A stretch of DNA of 64,000 nucleotides from Vicinamibacterales bacterium (GTDB lineage Bacteria; Acidobacteriota; Vicinamibacteria; Vicinamibacterales; UBA2999), in contig DATDOE010000138.1 in assembly GCA_035293405.1 (NCBI GenBank), positions 46,462 through 110,461 on the forward strand. The letters run 5' to 3'. The position numbers and the translations under genes were made by a program. The notes below the pieces were generated by a model. That model worked only from the letters and a program-made list of their open reading frames with translations, did no database searches and was not told the DNA's origin. Of this stretch, positions 17,858-25,691 are shown one piece after another. Position 1 is the first letter of the stretch; every line of letters starts with the position of its first letter.

Positions 17858-18751
17858 GTGACCCGTCGGCAGAAGGCGATCGCCTTTTTTATCGCGTTGT
17901 GCGTCCTCCTCGTGGCGGCGGCGCTGCTGCTGAACATCAGCTGGATCATCGCCAACACCGGCCGCATCGCCCCGATCGTCATCGGCATCGTGCTCTTCGG
18001 GCTCATCATCGCCGGGCTCATCGTCTACACCGTGTTCCTGGTGCTCGAGATCAAGCGCAACGAGGAGCACGACAGCTTCATCAACGCCGTCACCCACGAA
18101 CTGAAGACGCCCATCGCGTCGATCCGGCTGTACCTCGAAACGCTGCAATCGCGCACCGTGACCGATGCGCAGCGCCAGGAGTTCTACGAGATCATGCTGG
18201 CCGACGCGGCGCGGCTGCATCACACGGTCGACCAGGTGCTCAAGGCCGGCGTGGTCCGTGAGAAGCACAAGACGGTGGCGCGCGGACCGGTGGACATGGC
18301 GGCCCTCACGACCGAGTGCGTGGAGCTGGCGCTCGTCCGGCACCACCTGCAGCCCGGGGCGATCGCACTCGACGCGCCGGAGCGGCCGCCGATGGTCATC
18401 GGCGACGCCGAGGAGCTGCGAACCGTGATCACCAACCTCCTCGACAACGCCGTGAAATACTCCGGCCAGGCGGTACGCGTCACGGTGGCCGTCGCCGCCC
18501 CGGCGCCCGACACGGTGTGGGTGCGCGTGCAGGATCGCGGCGTCGGGATCCCGAAGAAACAACTGAAGCGCATCTTCAACCGCTTCTATCGCGTCCAGGC
18601 GAGGGGCCGCAGGCAGATCACGGGCACCGGTCTCGGCCTGTACATCGTCCGCTCGATCGCGCGAGCGCATGGCGGCCGTGTGTTTGCGCAAAGCGAAGGC
18701 GAGGGTCACGGCTCCACGTTCACCCTCGAGCTGCCGCGTCTCACCTCATGA
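17858..18751 (+). CDS. Sensor histidine kinase (two TM helices, no obvious sensor or HAMP domain)
   Basis: 297 aa. H-box FINAVTHELKTPIASI lies directly after the second TM helix. N, G1 and G2 boxes are present (NLLDNAVKY, DRGVGI, GTGLGL). GTG start. Confidence 0.85.
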   Translation: MTRRQKAIAFFIALCVLLVAAALLLNISWIIANTGRIAPIVIGIVLFGLIIAGLIVYTVFLVLEIKRNEEHDSFINAVTHELKTPIASIRLYLETLQSRTVTDAQRQEFYEIMLADAARLHHTVDQVLKAGVVREKHKTVARGPVDMAALTTECVELALVRHHLQPGAIALDAPERPPMVIGDAEELRTVITNLLDNAVKYSGQAVRVTVAVAAPAPDTVWVRVQDRGVGIPKKQLKRIFNRFYRVQARGRRQITGTGLGLYIVRSIARAHGGRVFAQSEGEGHGSTFTLELPRLTS

Positions 18752-19473
18752 GCCGGATTCTGATCGTCGAGGACGACCAGCACATCTCGGAGGGGCTGCG
18801 CTTCAACCTCGAGGCGGAGGGCCACGAAGCCTTCGTAGCGCCGGACGGCGAGCAGGCGCTCGATGTGCTGTTGAAGGAACGCCGCGCCTTCGACGTCGTC
18901 GTGCTCGACGTGATGCTGCCCGGCAAGGACGGCTTCACCGTCGCCGCGGAATTACGGGCGGCGGAGGAGTACACGCCGATTCTGATGCTGACGGCCCGGG
19001 GCCGCCCCGAAGACGTGCTGCACGGGTTCGAGGCCGGGGCCGACGACTACTTGCCGAAGCCGTTCGAGCTGGCGATCCTCATCGCCCGCATCAACGGCCT
19101 GCTGCGACGCCGCCGTTGGAACGAACAGGATGCTCCGGAGCCCGATGGCGCCCAGGCCGACGTCTATGCCTTCGCGGGCCGCACACTCGATTTCGGCGCG
19201 ATGGAAGTGCGCGCGCACGGCAAGTCGCACCGGCTGACGCAAATGGAGTCCGACCTGCTGCGCTATCTGGTGAAGAACGCCGGGCAGGCGGTGTCGCGCG
19301 GCACGATTCTCGAACAGGTGTGGGGACTGCACGAGAGCACCGACACGCGCGCGATCGACAACTTCATCGTGCGCCTGCGGCGCTATCTCGAGGACCGTCC
19401 GGCCTCACCGAAGATCCTGCTGACCGTTCGCGGGGTCGGCTACAAGTTCGTGCCGCAGGAGGCTGCTGGATAG
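18748..19473 (+). CDS. OmpR-family response regulator
   Basis: MSRILIVEDD...VLDVMLPGKDG...TVRGVGYKF. ATGA overlap with the kinase stop. The ORF-track N-terminal extension (18316) is antisense or other-frame noise. Confidence 0.9.
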   Translation: MSRILIVEDDQHISEGLRFNLEAEGHEAFVAPDGEQALDVLLKERRAFDVVVLDVMLPGKDGFTVAAELRAAEEYTPILMLTARGRPEDVLHGFEAGADDYLPKPFELAILIARINGLLRRRRWNEQDAPEPDGAQADVYAFAGRTLDFGAMEVRAHGKSHRLTQMESDLLRYLVKNAGQAVSRGTILEQVWGLHESTDTRAIDNFIVRLRRYLEDRPASPKILLTVRGVGYKFVPQEAAG

Positions 19474-19559
19474 CTTTCAGCGCCCAACCCGAGCCTCGCG
19501 CCAACTCCACAGCCGTCCAGATAGAATTGCGTAACCTGGATTTCTTCGATACGGCCGCA

Positions 19560-19618
19560 CCAGTTTGAGAGGCTGGCGGTAGCAATACCGTGGGGTTCGA
19601 GTCCCCCCTTCCGCACCA
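19560..19618 (+). pseudogene. tRNA-Leu(GAG) 3' fragment (anticodon arm to ACCA); no matching 5' acceptor strand found
   Basis: Hand fold: anticodon stem 19560-64/19572-76; loop ttGAGag; variable arm cggta-gcaa-taccg (19577-90); T arm tgggg-TTCGAGT-ccccc; acceptor 3' strand cttccgc + A + CCA. The required 5' strand g[ct]gg[ag][ag]g is absent from 19474-19559. Confidence 0.5.
19598..19618 (+). repeat. 21-nt direct repeat, copy 1 (cgagtccccccttccgcacca), the 3' end of the tRNA-Leu fragment
   Basis: Exact match to 33322-33342. Confidence 0.9.
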
Positions 19619-19905
19619 CCTAAGTTGTGTCCACGCAATGTGTTGCAGGACGCGTTACGAAGAACTTTCGAGGAACTGCCGTTCCCCCTTCTGCATATAT
19701 CCAACTCAAGACCCCAAAAGTCGGTCAGTCTATTTTGGAGGTGTCTACAAAGGGGGGAAGCTTACGCGCCGGCCGCGCGGCGATGCTGACGCGCGAGTCG
19801 CGATTCGTGACCGCGACGAATCGCGCCAGCGGCGGACTGCTCGTCGCGACGGGGACGCTGCTCGCGCTGAGAGGCGACTGAGATTAGATCGCGGCGAATC
19901 GAAAT

Positions 19906-20472
19906 TCAATGGACGCGATCAGACTCTTCAGACTGGGACGTGTATCGAGATGATGCTAGCCGCATCACGAGATACAGGAGCGCACCAGCGCCAGTTGCTC
20001 CGACTAGCCCCGCCGAGACGCCGACCTGAAACCATAACCACCACGCAGGACCGACCCAGAGGAGCCAAAGCACGATCGCCAACGGACTTTTACGCGTCAG
20101 CGCGCGTTCAACCATCGGCAAGATCAGCAGTGTCAAGACCAAACATACGCCGGCGTAACCGAGTAGGTTCAGGATCCCGCGAATCGATAGCGACGGGGCG
20201 AGGCTTGCCGCGAAATAGTCGACTAGAATCCACGCGAGCGCCAACGAGGGCAGGAGTGCGATCCAGACGCGTGTCTGAATTTCAGCGGGAGTTCGATTGA
20301 ACCCCAGTGCCCGCCAGCATCTCCCTGGCCAACTCTCCTCCTGCACCCTCCAATACATTCCGCGGATACACTGCTCGCACACTGCTGCGCTTTGGCCCGT
20401 GAGGAATCCTCTGCCACTTGCGGCATCAGCCCCACAGAAGTCGCAGACAACGTCAGACTGCCTTACGGACAT
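19906..20472 (-). CDS. ClpX-type C4 zinc-ribbon / four-TM membrane protein (candidate Rhs immunity protein)
   Basis: 188 aa. VVCDFCGADAASGRGFLTGQSAAVCEQCIRGM matches the ClpX zinc-binding-domain pattern CxxC-x18-CxxC. Four hydrophobic segments follow (VWIALLPSLALAWILVDYFAASL; GILNLLGYAGVCLVLTLLILPMV; LAIVLWLLWVGPAWWLWFQVGV; LVGATGAGALLYLVMRLA). It starts 43 nt after the Rhs stop on the same strand. Confidence 0.6.
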   Translation of the reverse strand: MSVRQSDVVCDFCGADAASGRGFLTGQSAAVCEQCIRGMYWRVQEESWPGRCWRALGFNRTPAEIQTRVWIALLPSLALAWILVDYFAASLAPSLSIRGILNLLGYAGVCLVLTLLILPMVERALTRKSPLAIVLWLLWVGPAWWLWFQVGVSAGLVGATGAGALLYLVMRLASSRYTSQSEESDRVH

Positions 20473-20515
20473 TGATCACGAGTAAAGTGCGGGTCTGCGC
20501 CGACGTGACGATTGT

Positions 20516-23500
20516 TCAGCACTTGAAGCAATTGCCTTTCGGGTCGGCAGCTGACATGCACGCGTTGTATCCCTGATTACTTTGCGTCGCACAGTAGGTC
20601 TCCAAAACCGTGCACGACACGGACCATACCACGATAGATCCCAGGCCTACAATCGCGCCCATTCGCCCGGTGGTCGTGATGATAGTCTTGGGGTTCATTA
20701 CCGTTGGGTTATAGGGCTTTGCTTTAAATGGAGCGGTCCACCCTCTCGGGCCTCCCGGTGGCAACGGCGGTGTAGGCGGCGGAGGATTCGGAAACGGCAA
20801 GACGTCGAGGCCAAAGGGATCACGATATGCGATCGGATTGTTTAACGCGTACGTGGCTCGGTTGACGCCTGACAGCAGCCCGAGTGGGTCCTCCGACAGC
20901 CACCGTGCCAGTTCCTGATCGTACGTGCGATAGAGCGTCGAATACGTGTTCGATGCGGCGTGCACGCTATGTCCGGTGAAGCCGTGGCTCGTCACGTCGG
21001 TCCCTGCAGCGAGTGATCGTCGGCCCCATGGGTCGTAGGTGTACCGAGCCAGTAACGTCCCGGACGCGTCCGCCACCTCGGTTACGCTGCCAAGATGATC
21101 AGCAGCGAAGAAGCGAGCTGCAGCCGCAATCTGCTCCCCGTATGCAAACGATCGGCGCGTCACCGTCGTGCCATCGGGGGCTCTTTCCTCGCAGATCTGC
21201 AGACCGCACCAAATCACCTTCGTATCCGCCTGGACGATTCCGTTGTCCTTTTGAATCACGCGGACACGTTGTTGAGTGCCGTCATAAATGAACTCACTGC
21301 GCGTGGTCCCGACACTCACTGCGACGAGTTGATTCCGCGCATCCCATTCGAAAGTGCGGCTACCATCGGAGGTGAGATTGCCATTCAAGTCGTACGTGAA
21401 GGCTTTCGTGCCGCCAAGCACGTTGGCCTGATACTGACGCGTCGTTTCATTGCCGCTTGGGTCAGTGGCCTTGATCGACACCGTGCTCGTTCCAACGGGC
21501 AGCACAGGTGTTGCACGAAACGCATTGCTCGAATCGACGACGGCCGGCGCGCCCTGGACATTGACGATTGCCGGTTCGTTCACAGTACCGCGAAACTGAA
21601 GCGGACCGCCGGGAGAGTACGTCACGAGTCGGTTCAGGCTATTGTGCATTGCTGCTGTAACCTGGTCATCAATCTGCTCGAACGCACGGTTGCCTGCTGG
21701 ATCAAAACCGTAGGCATAGCGCTTTAGAATTGTGAGCACGCCGGCCGTGTTCTGCTTTATCGCACTGGTGAGCTGATCGGCACTGTCGTATCCGTACGTC
21801 CACGACACCGCAGGGTCGCTGTCTGCCTGTTGCTGCCAGGTGCTGACATTGCCAACGACGTCGTACGTATAGTCGAATTTGGACAGCGTCGCGCCACCGG
21901 GGTACTTGTGATGAATCGTCTGCAGCCGATGATCCTGGATCGCTGGGAGAAACGAATACGTGCTCGTCTGCCCATTCGGATACGCCACGGTAGCGAGGCG
22001 ACTCGTCGTTCCGTCGTATGTGTACGTGAATGTGCCTAGTACGTTAGCCTCGGTCGTCACCCGGCCGAGAGCGTCGAGCGTCCAGGTCATGGTGTTCAGC
22101 GAGCTGTTAATTGACCGCGATGTTACGCGTCCGAGTTCGTCGTAGCCGTACGCGACCACATCGTTGGGTAGCGGCCCGTCCACGGTGGCGAGATGGCCAG
22201 CCCCGAGCTGTCCCGGTGCATGGTAGGCATATGCAGTGGTTCCGACCGCGTCCTGCATCGTCGCAGCACGCGGATAAGCGGGATCGTATGTGTAGCTCAA
22301 ACCAGGTGTGGCAATAGCGGCGTTTGTGTAAGTTGTGCCGTTCAGGCTGTCGTCCGCGTAATACGTGTGCGTCGTGACCTGATCCTTCGGATCGGTGACC
22401 GTTTTCAGGCGCCCTGTGGCATCGTAGGTGTAGAGCGTGTCCGTCGTCCCGTCAGCACGCAGTTCGCTGGTGACGCGCCCCTGCACATCGCGCTCCCACG
22501 ACGTACGCTGCCCTTTGCCATCGATGAGTGCATCGAGTCCGCCACATGCACACCACTCCCATTGGATGACACGCCCGATTGGGTCACGACTGGCCGTGCG
22601 CCTAGCGGCGCTGTCGTAATAGTGCCGTGTGACCCGGTCCTTGCGATCACGCTCCTCCCCGACGTCCAGCCGGTGATACGTAAACTGCTCAAACGTACCG
22701 TCAAGGTATGTTCGCTTGGTCACTCGGCTGAGGCCGTCGTAGTCGGTCGTGATCGAATCCCCATTAGGATCGGTCACCGTTCTGGTGCGGCCGTAGGCGT
22801 CGTAAGTGAACGTCGTTGTTGATCCTGTGATCGGTCCGGTGATGCCCAAAAGGTATCCCGTTGGGCCAGTATCGTAGACAAATGTCGTCGTCTCGTTCTT
22901 TGCGTTGGTCACCGTTAAGGGCCGACTGTCGGCGTTATAGGTCGTAGTGGTGGTCCGGCCGGCGCCATCCGTCGCCGTGGCCGGCAGGTGCTGCGCGTTG
23001 TAACCTCCGTAGCTTGCGAGCAGATCCGTGCCGGTTCCGGTGACCTGCCGCACCTCCAGCAAGTCGATGCCGTTGACCGCGTAGGTGTACGTCGTCTGCC
23101 GCCCGAGCGGATCGGTGCTTGACGTTACCATCCCCTTCCCGTTGTACGTCATCTGTGTAAGCTGCGTAGCACCACCGTCGAGCACGCGCGCGATCATCGT
23201 CGGGTTCCGTCCCGTGCCAGCCACGTTCGAGACGGTCGGTGATTGGTCGGGATAGCGGTACCACACGCGCGTTTCAAGAGGCCGCTTGACACTATGGGGG
23301 ATGTTCCACGCGTGCCCAAGCTGGTACGCCATCTCCTGCTGCAGAAGCCACTTCGTAATGACCGCGCTTGACAGTGCGCCAGGCGCGACGGCCATCGCCT
23401 GCTTGCTCCAATACAGCGAGTTGTATTGATCCATGTCCTCGTTCCACGCCGCGAACCCTGCGGGCACGTCCGCCGGCAATTGCGCCGGGATCCCCGCCGT

Positions 23501-25594
23501 GGTGCCGAGGTGGTATTCGAGCCGCTCGGTGCCGCCTTCCGGATCGGTCGCCTCGACACGGCGGAAGCTGCCCGCCGCGAGCGAGTCCGGCCCGCGTCGG
23601 AACGTTGTCGTCCCATAGGGCGTGGTCATCGAGGTCATGAAGTCGGTGTCGTCGTACGCGAAGCTCGAGGTCATACCGACTGCGTCCGTGATCGACATCA
23701 GCCGCCCCGAGCTGTCATAGCTGAGAAGCGCGGTCCGCCCGAAGGGGTCCGTGATTTTTGTGATGAGCAGTGGGTCGCCGGAATTCGCGTACGACAGCGT
23801 CGTGACTTGTCCGACGGCGTCCGTCAACGCGACCAGGCGGAAGCTCGAATCGTAGGTAAAGGCGAGTGTATTGCCTTGCGGATCGATCAGCTCGGTCAGC
23901 AAGATCTTCCGGTTCGGCAGCGACGCTACGCGGTCCGGAAATGTGAACACCTCGACAGTGCCGTCGGGTAACCGTCGTTCGTAGCGAGGTGGGTCGTTGG
24001 CGACCTGCACGAGAGTTGCGCGGCTCTTGAAGTGTGTGGATCCGCCGAACGACGTGTACTTCTCGATGCCTTCACTGCGAAGCACGACGTCGGTCCACGC
24101 AAAGGGAGCGACCAGCATCGTATTGTTGTCGGTCACGTACGAGAGCCAGTCAAAGCTCCATAGAGGACCGACACTGCTCGATGTCGGCACCGCGTCGAGC
24201 CGCGTGCTGCGATGGTTGTAGCGCAGCGTCCACGACATAGCGGGGCCACGTGGAGGCGTGTACGTCAACGGTGTATCAATGACGACGATCGCCGCCATCG
24301 AAGGATGCAGCCTATAGCGTGGCATTCCGGGTCCGAATCCACCACCACCGCCGCCACCACCGCCACCACCGCCACCGCATCCGCAGTCGTCTTCTACAGG
24401 CAGTCCCGGGTGACACCGACCGACGATGCGATCGGCTTCGACGGACTCAACAGCGCGACCGACAACAGCACGCGACGATGTAGGAACAAGCACGTAACCG
24501 CTTCCTTCGTCCCGCAGCGCGTTGCGCGACATCACCATCTCGCCGCCGAGCGCCGGGTCACGTAGTACGAAGCCGTTCTCGCGAGTGGCAATGACCGCCG
24601 AGTAGTGCTCGCTCTTCAGATGCACAATTGACGGCACCGGAATCTCCATCATGTCGTCCACGAAGCGCATCTCGAGCGCGACGCCAGCCTCGTCCGCCAG
24701 ATCGCGGAGCGCCACGAGCGACGTGCCCATGTGTGCCGGCCGATACGCGTCGACCTGCTTGATCGCGCGAGGGTTGTTCTTGCCGGTCACTGACATGAGG
24801 GACTTCAGCGCTTCCGGGCCAGAGTAGACAGCCATCTCGTGGTGATTCGTGAGCTGCCACAGGCCCTCGCGCGCTTCGGTCACCTTGTTGCCGGCGGATC
24901 CACGAATCGGGCGACGTCCGATCTCGTCGAGCTTCTTCTGCAGCGCATCGACCTGGCCGAAGGTCATCGCATGCGTGAGCCACTCGGACACGGCGATATC
25001 CGCCAGGTCGCGCACGGCCCGTTCGGTACCGTCCTTCGTCAGGTGCCACGCCTCGTCCCAGAGTCCGGCGGCACGAGAGAAATAACCTTCCCGCCATTTC
25101 AGCTTGCCCAGGTTTACCAGCAGCGACGGCCGCCACGGCGACTGCGGATAGCGCGCGGCGAACTCTTCGAGCATCCGCGCCGACCGCGATGAGGCAAACG
25201 CTTCCAGCGCGCGACCGAGATCGCGGTTCTCTTGGAGCGACGGCAGGCCATCCACGGGGCGCAGCGGGATCGGCAGCACGTACGCGCGCGCCAGATCGAC
25301 CGAGGACGGCGTCTCGTCGAACCGGACGGTCAGGTCTGGCGCCGTCACCGCCGGGCGTCTGCGATTCACCGCAACCGGCGTCTCGGGTTCCGGGCTGGGC
25401 GGAACAGCGTCGGCCTTCTTCGACGGCTGCTCGGCCTGAGCGGCAGGCGCCGGTCCTGCTGATTGCGCGGCCGCAGCAGGTTCGGGCATCGTCGCCAGAC
25501 ACTGCAGCACGATGAGCACGCGCACGAGCGGGTCGGCGAGTCGTCGTCGGAGGATATGGTGTCGTCGCAGCATGACTACTCGCATCCTGGTCAC
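20516..25594 (-). CDS. Rhs/YD-repeat polymorphic toxin protein
   Basis: 1692 aa with many YD repeats (YDSSGRL, TYDAYGR, YTYDATGRL). The Rhs core is LGSVTEV...YTYDPWGRR...GFTGH...WLSEDPLGL...NPIAYRDPFGL, followed by a 96-aa tip. GTG 25594 or ATG 25585 is the start. Confidence 0.9.
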   Translation of the reverse strand: MTRMRVVMLRRHHILRRRLADPLVRVLIVLQCLATMPEPAAAAQSAGPAPAAQAEQPSKKADAVPPSPEPETPVAVNRRRPAVTAPDLTVRFDETPSSVDLARAYVLPIPLRPVDGLPSLQENRDLGRALEAFASSRSARMLEEFAARYPQSPWRPSLLVNLGKLKWREGYFSRAAGLWDEAWHLTKDGTERAVRDLADIAVSEWLTHAMTFGQVDALQKKLDEIGRRPIRGSAGNKVTEAREGLWQLTNHHEMAVYSGPEALKSLMSVTGKNNPRAIKQVDAYRPAHMGTSLVALRDLADEAGVALEMRFVDDMMEIPVPSIVHLKSEHYSAVIATRENGFVLRDPALGGEMVMSRNALRDEGSGYVLVPTSSRAVVGRAVESVEADRIVGRCHPGLPVEDDCGCGGGGGGGGGGGGGFGPGMPRYRLHPSMAAIVVIDTPLTYTPPRGPAMSWTLRYNHRSTRLDAVPTSSSVGPLWSFDWLSYVTDNNTMLVAPFAWTDVVLRSEGIEKYTSFGGSTHFKSRATLVQVANDPPRYERRLPDGTVEVFTFPDRVASLPNRKILLTELIDPQGNTLAFTYDSSFRLVALTDAVGQVTTLSYANSGDPLLITKITDPFGRTALLSYDSSGRLMSITDAVGMTSSFAYDDTDFMTSMTTPYGTTTFRRGPDSLAAGSFRRVEATDPEGGTERLEYHLGTTAGIPAQLPADVPAGFAAWNEDMDQYNSLYWSKQAMAVAPGALSSAVITKWLLQQEMAYQLGHAWNIPHSVKRPLETRVWYRYPDQSPTVSNVAGTGRNPTMIARVLDGGATQLTQMTYNGKGMVTSSTDPLGRQTTYTYAVNGIDLLEVRQVTGTGTDLLASYGGYNAQHLPATATDGAGRTTTTTYNADSRPLTVTNAKNETTTFVYDTGPTGYLLGITGPITGSTTTFTYDAYGRTRTVTDPNGDSITTDYDGLSRVTKRTYLDGTFEQFTYHRLDVGEERDRKDRVTRHYYDSAARRTASRDPIGRVIQWEWCACGGLDALIDGKGQRTSWERDVQGRVTSELRADGTTDTLYTYDATGRLKTVTDPKDQVTTHTYYADDSLNGTTYTNAAIATPGLSYTYDPAYPRAATMQDAVGTTAYAYHAPGQLGAGHLATVDGPLPNDVVAYGYDELGRVTSRSINSSLNTMTWTLDALGRVTTEANVLGTFTYTYDGTTSRLATVAYPNGQTSTYSFLPAIQDHRLQTIHHKYPGGATLSKFDYTYDVVGNVSTWQQQADSDPAVSWTYGYDSADQLTSAIKQNTAGVLTILKRYAYGFDPAGNRAFEQIDDQVTAAMHNSLNRLVTYSPGGPLQFRGTVNEPAIVNVQGAPAVVDSSNAFRATPVLPVGTSTVSIKATDPSGNETTRQYQANVLGGTKAFTYDLNGNLTSDGSRTFEWDARNQLVAVSVGTTRSEFIYDGTQQRVRVIQKDNGIVQADTKVIWCGLQICEERAPDGTTVTRRSFAYGEQIAAAARFFAADHLGSVTEVADASGTLLARYTYDPWGRRSLAAGTDVTSHGFTGHSVHAASNTYSTLYRTYDQELARWLSEDPLGLLSGVNRATYALNNPIAYRDPFGLDVLPFPNPPPPTPPLPPGGPRGWTAPFKAKPYNPTVMNPKTIITTTGRMGAIVGLGSIVVWSVSCTVLETYCATQSNQGYNACMSAADPKGNCFKC
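24338..24376 (-). repeat. (GGY)13 microsatellite encoding a 13-residue poly-Gly tract inside the Rhs gene
   Basis: Plus strand reads tccaccaccaccgccgccaccaccgccaccaccgccacc, giving residues 407-419 in the context DDCGCG13FGPG. Confidence 0.9.
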
Positions 25595-25595
25595 T

Positions 25596-25687
25596 GGGCC
25601 GCCTGAAGGCGGCCCCTACGTTTCGTCTTGCGCCGCCTGAAGGCGGACACTACGTGCTCGTTCTCGTCCGCTCAAGCCGGACACTAC
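25596..25687 (-). repeat. Three tandem GTAG-headed REP hairpins in the giant-gene/Rhs spacer
   Basis: Minus-strand reads: GTAGGGGCCGCCTTCAGGCGGCCC (25596-25619), GTAGTGTCCGCCTTCAGGCGGCGC (25630-25653), GTAGTGTCCGGCTTGAGCGGAC (25666-25687). Confidence 0.65.
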
Positions 25688-25691
25688 GTGC

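Noticed and set aside
18316-18747. N-terminal extensions suggested by the ORF track for the response regulator (18316), htpX (38573), the rhodanese (39670), the SRPBCC protein (36454) and the PQQ dehydrogenase (8667).
   Set aside because: The extensions are low-complexity, overlap upstream genes or repeats, and precede canonical N-termini that have better start contexts.
19474-19618. Possible intact tRNA, tRNA-Sec or tmRNA after the response-regulator gene.
   Set aside because: The 3' two-thirds folds well as tRNA-Leu(GAG), but no 5' acceptor strand or D arm could be found by hand. The T stem and acceptor lengths do not fit tRNA-Sec. 144 nt is too short for tmRNA and the acceptor lacks the G-U Ala identity pair. 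It is called a fragment, pending a covariance-model scan.
19799-19825. 10-bp inverted repeat cgcgattcgt-N7-acgaatcgcg downstream of the candidate immunity gene, considered as a terminator.
   Set aside because: No T-run follows on the minus strand. It may be incidental, and there is too little support to call it.
20516-25594. Assignment of the Rhs protein to a type VI secretion system.
   Set aside because: No PAAR, VgrG, DUF1795/EagR or other T6SS sequences are seen in the protein or anywhere in the window. A Sec-type hydrophobic N-terminus is present instead.
25596-25615. Perfect hairpin gggccgcc-tgaa-ggcggccc, considered as a Rho-independent terminator of the giant gene.
   Set aside because: No U-tract follows on the coding (minus) strand. 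It is one of three tandem GTAG-headed REPs. A terminator function is not excluded but is not supported.
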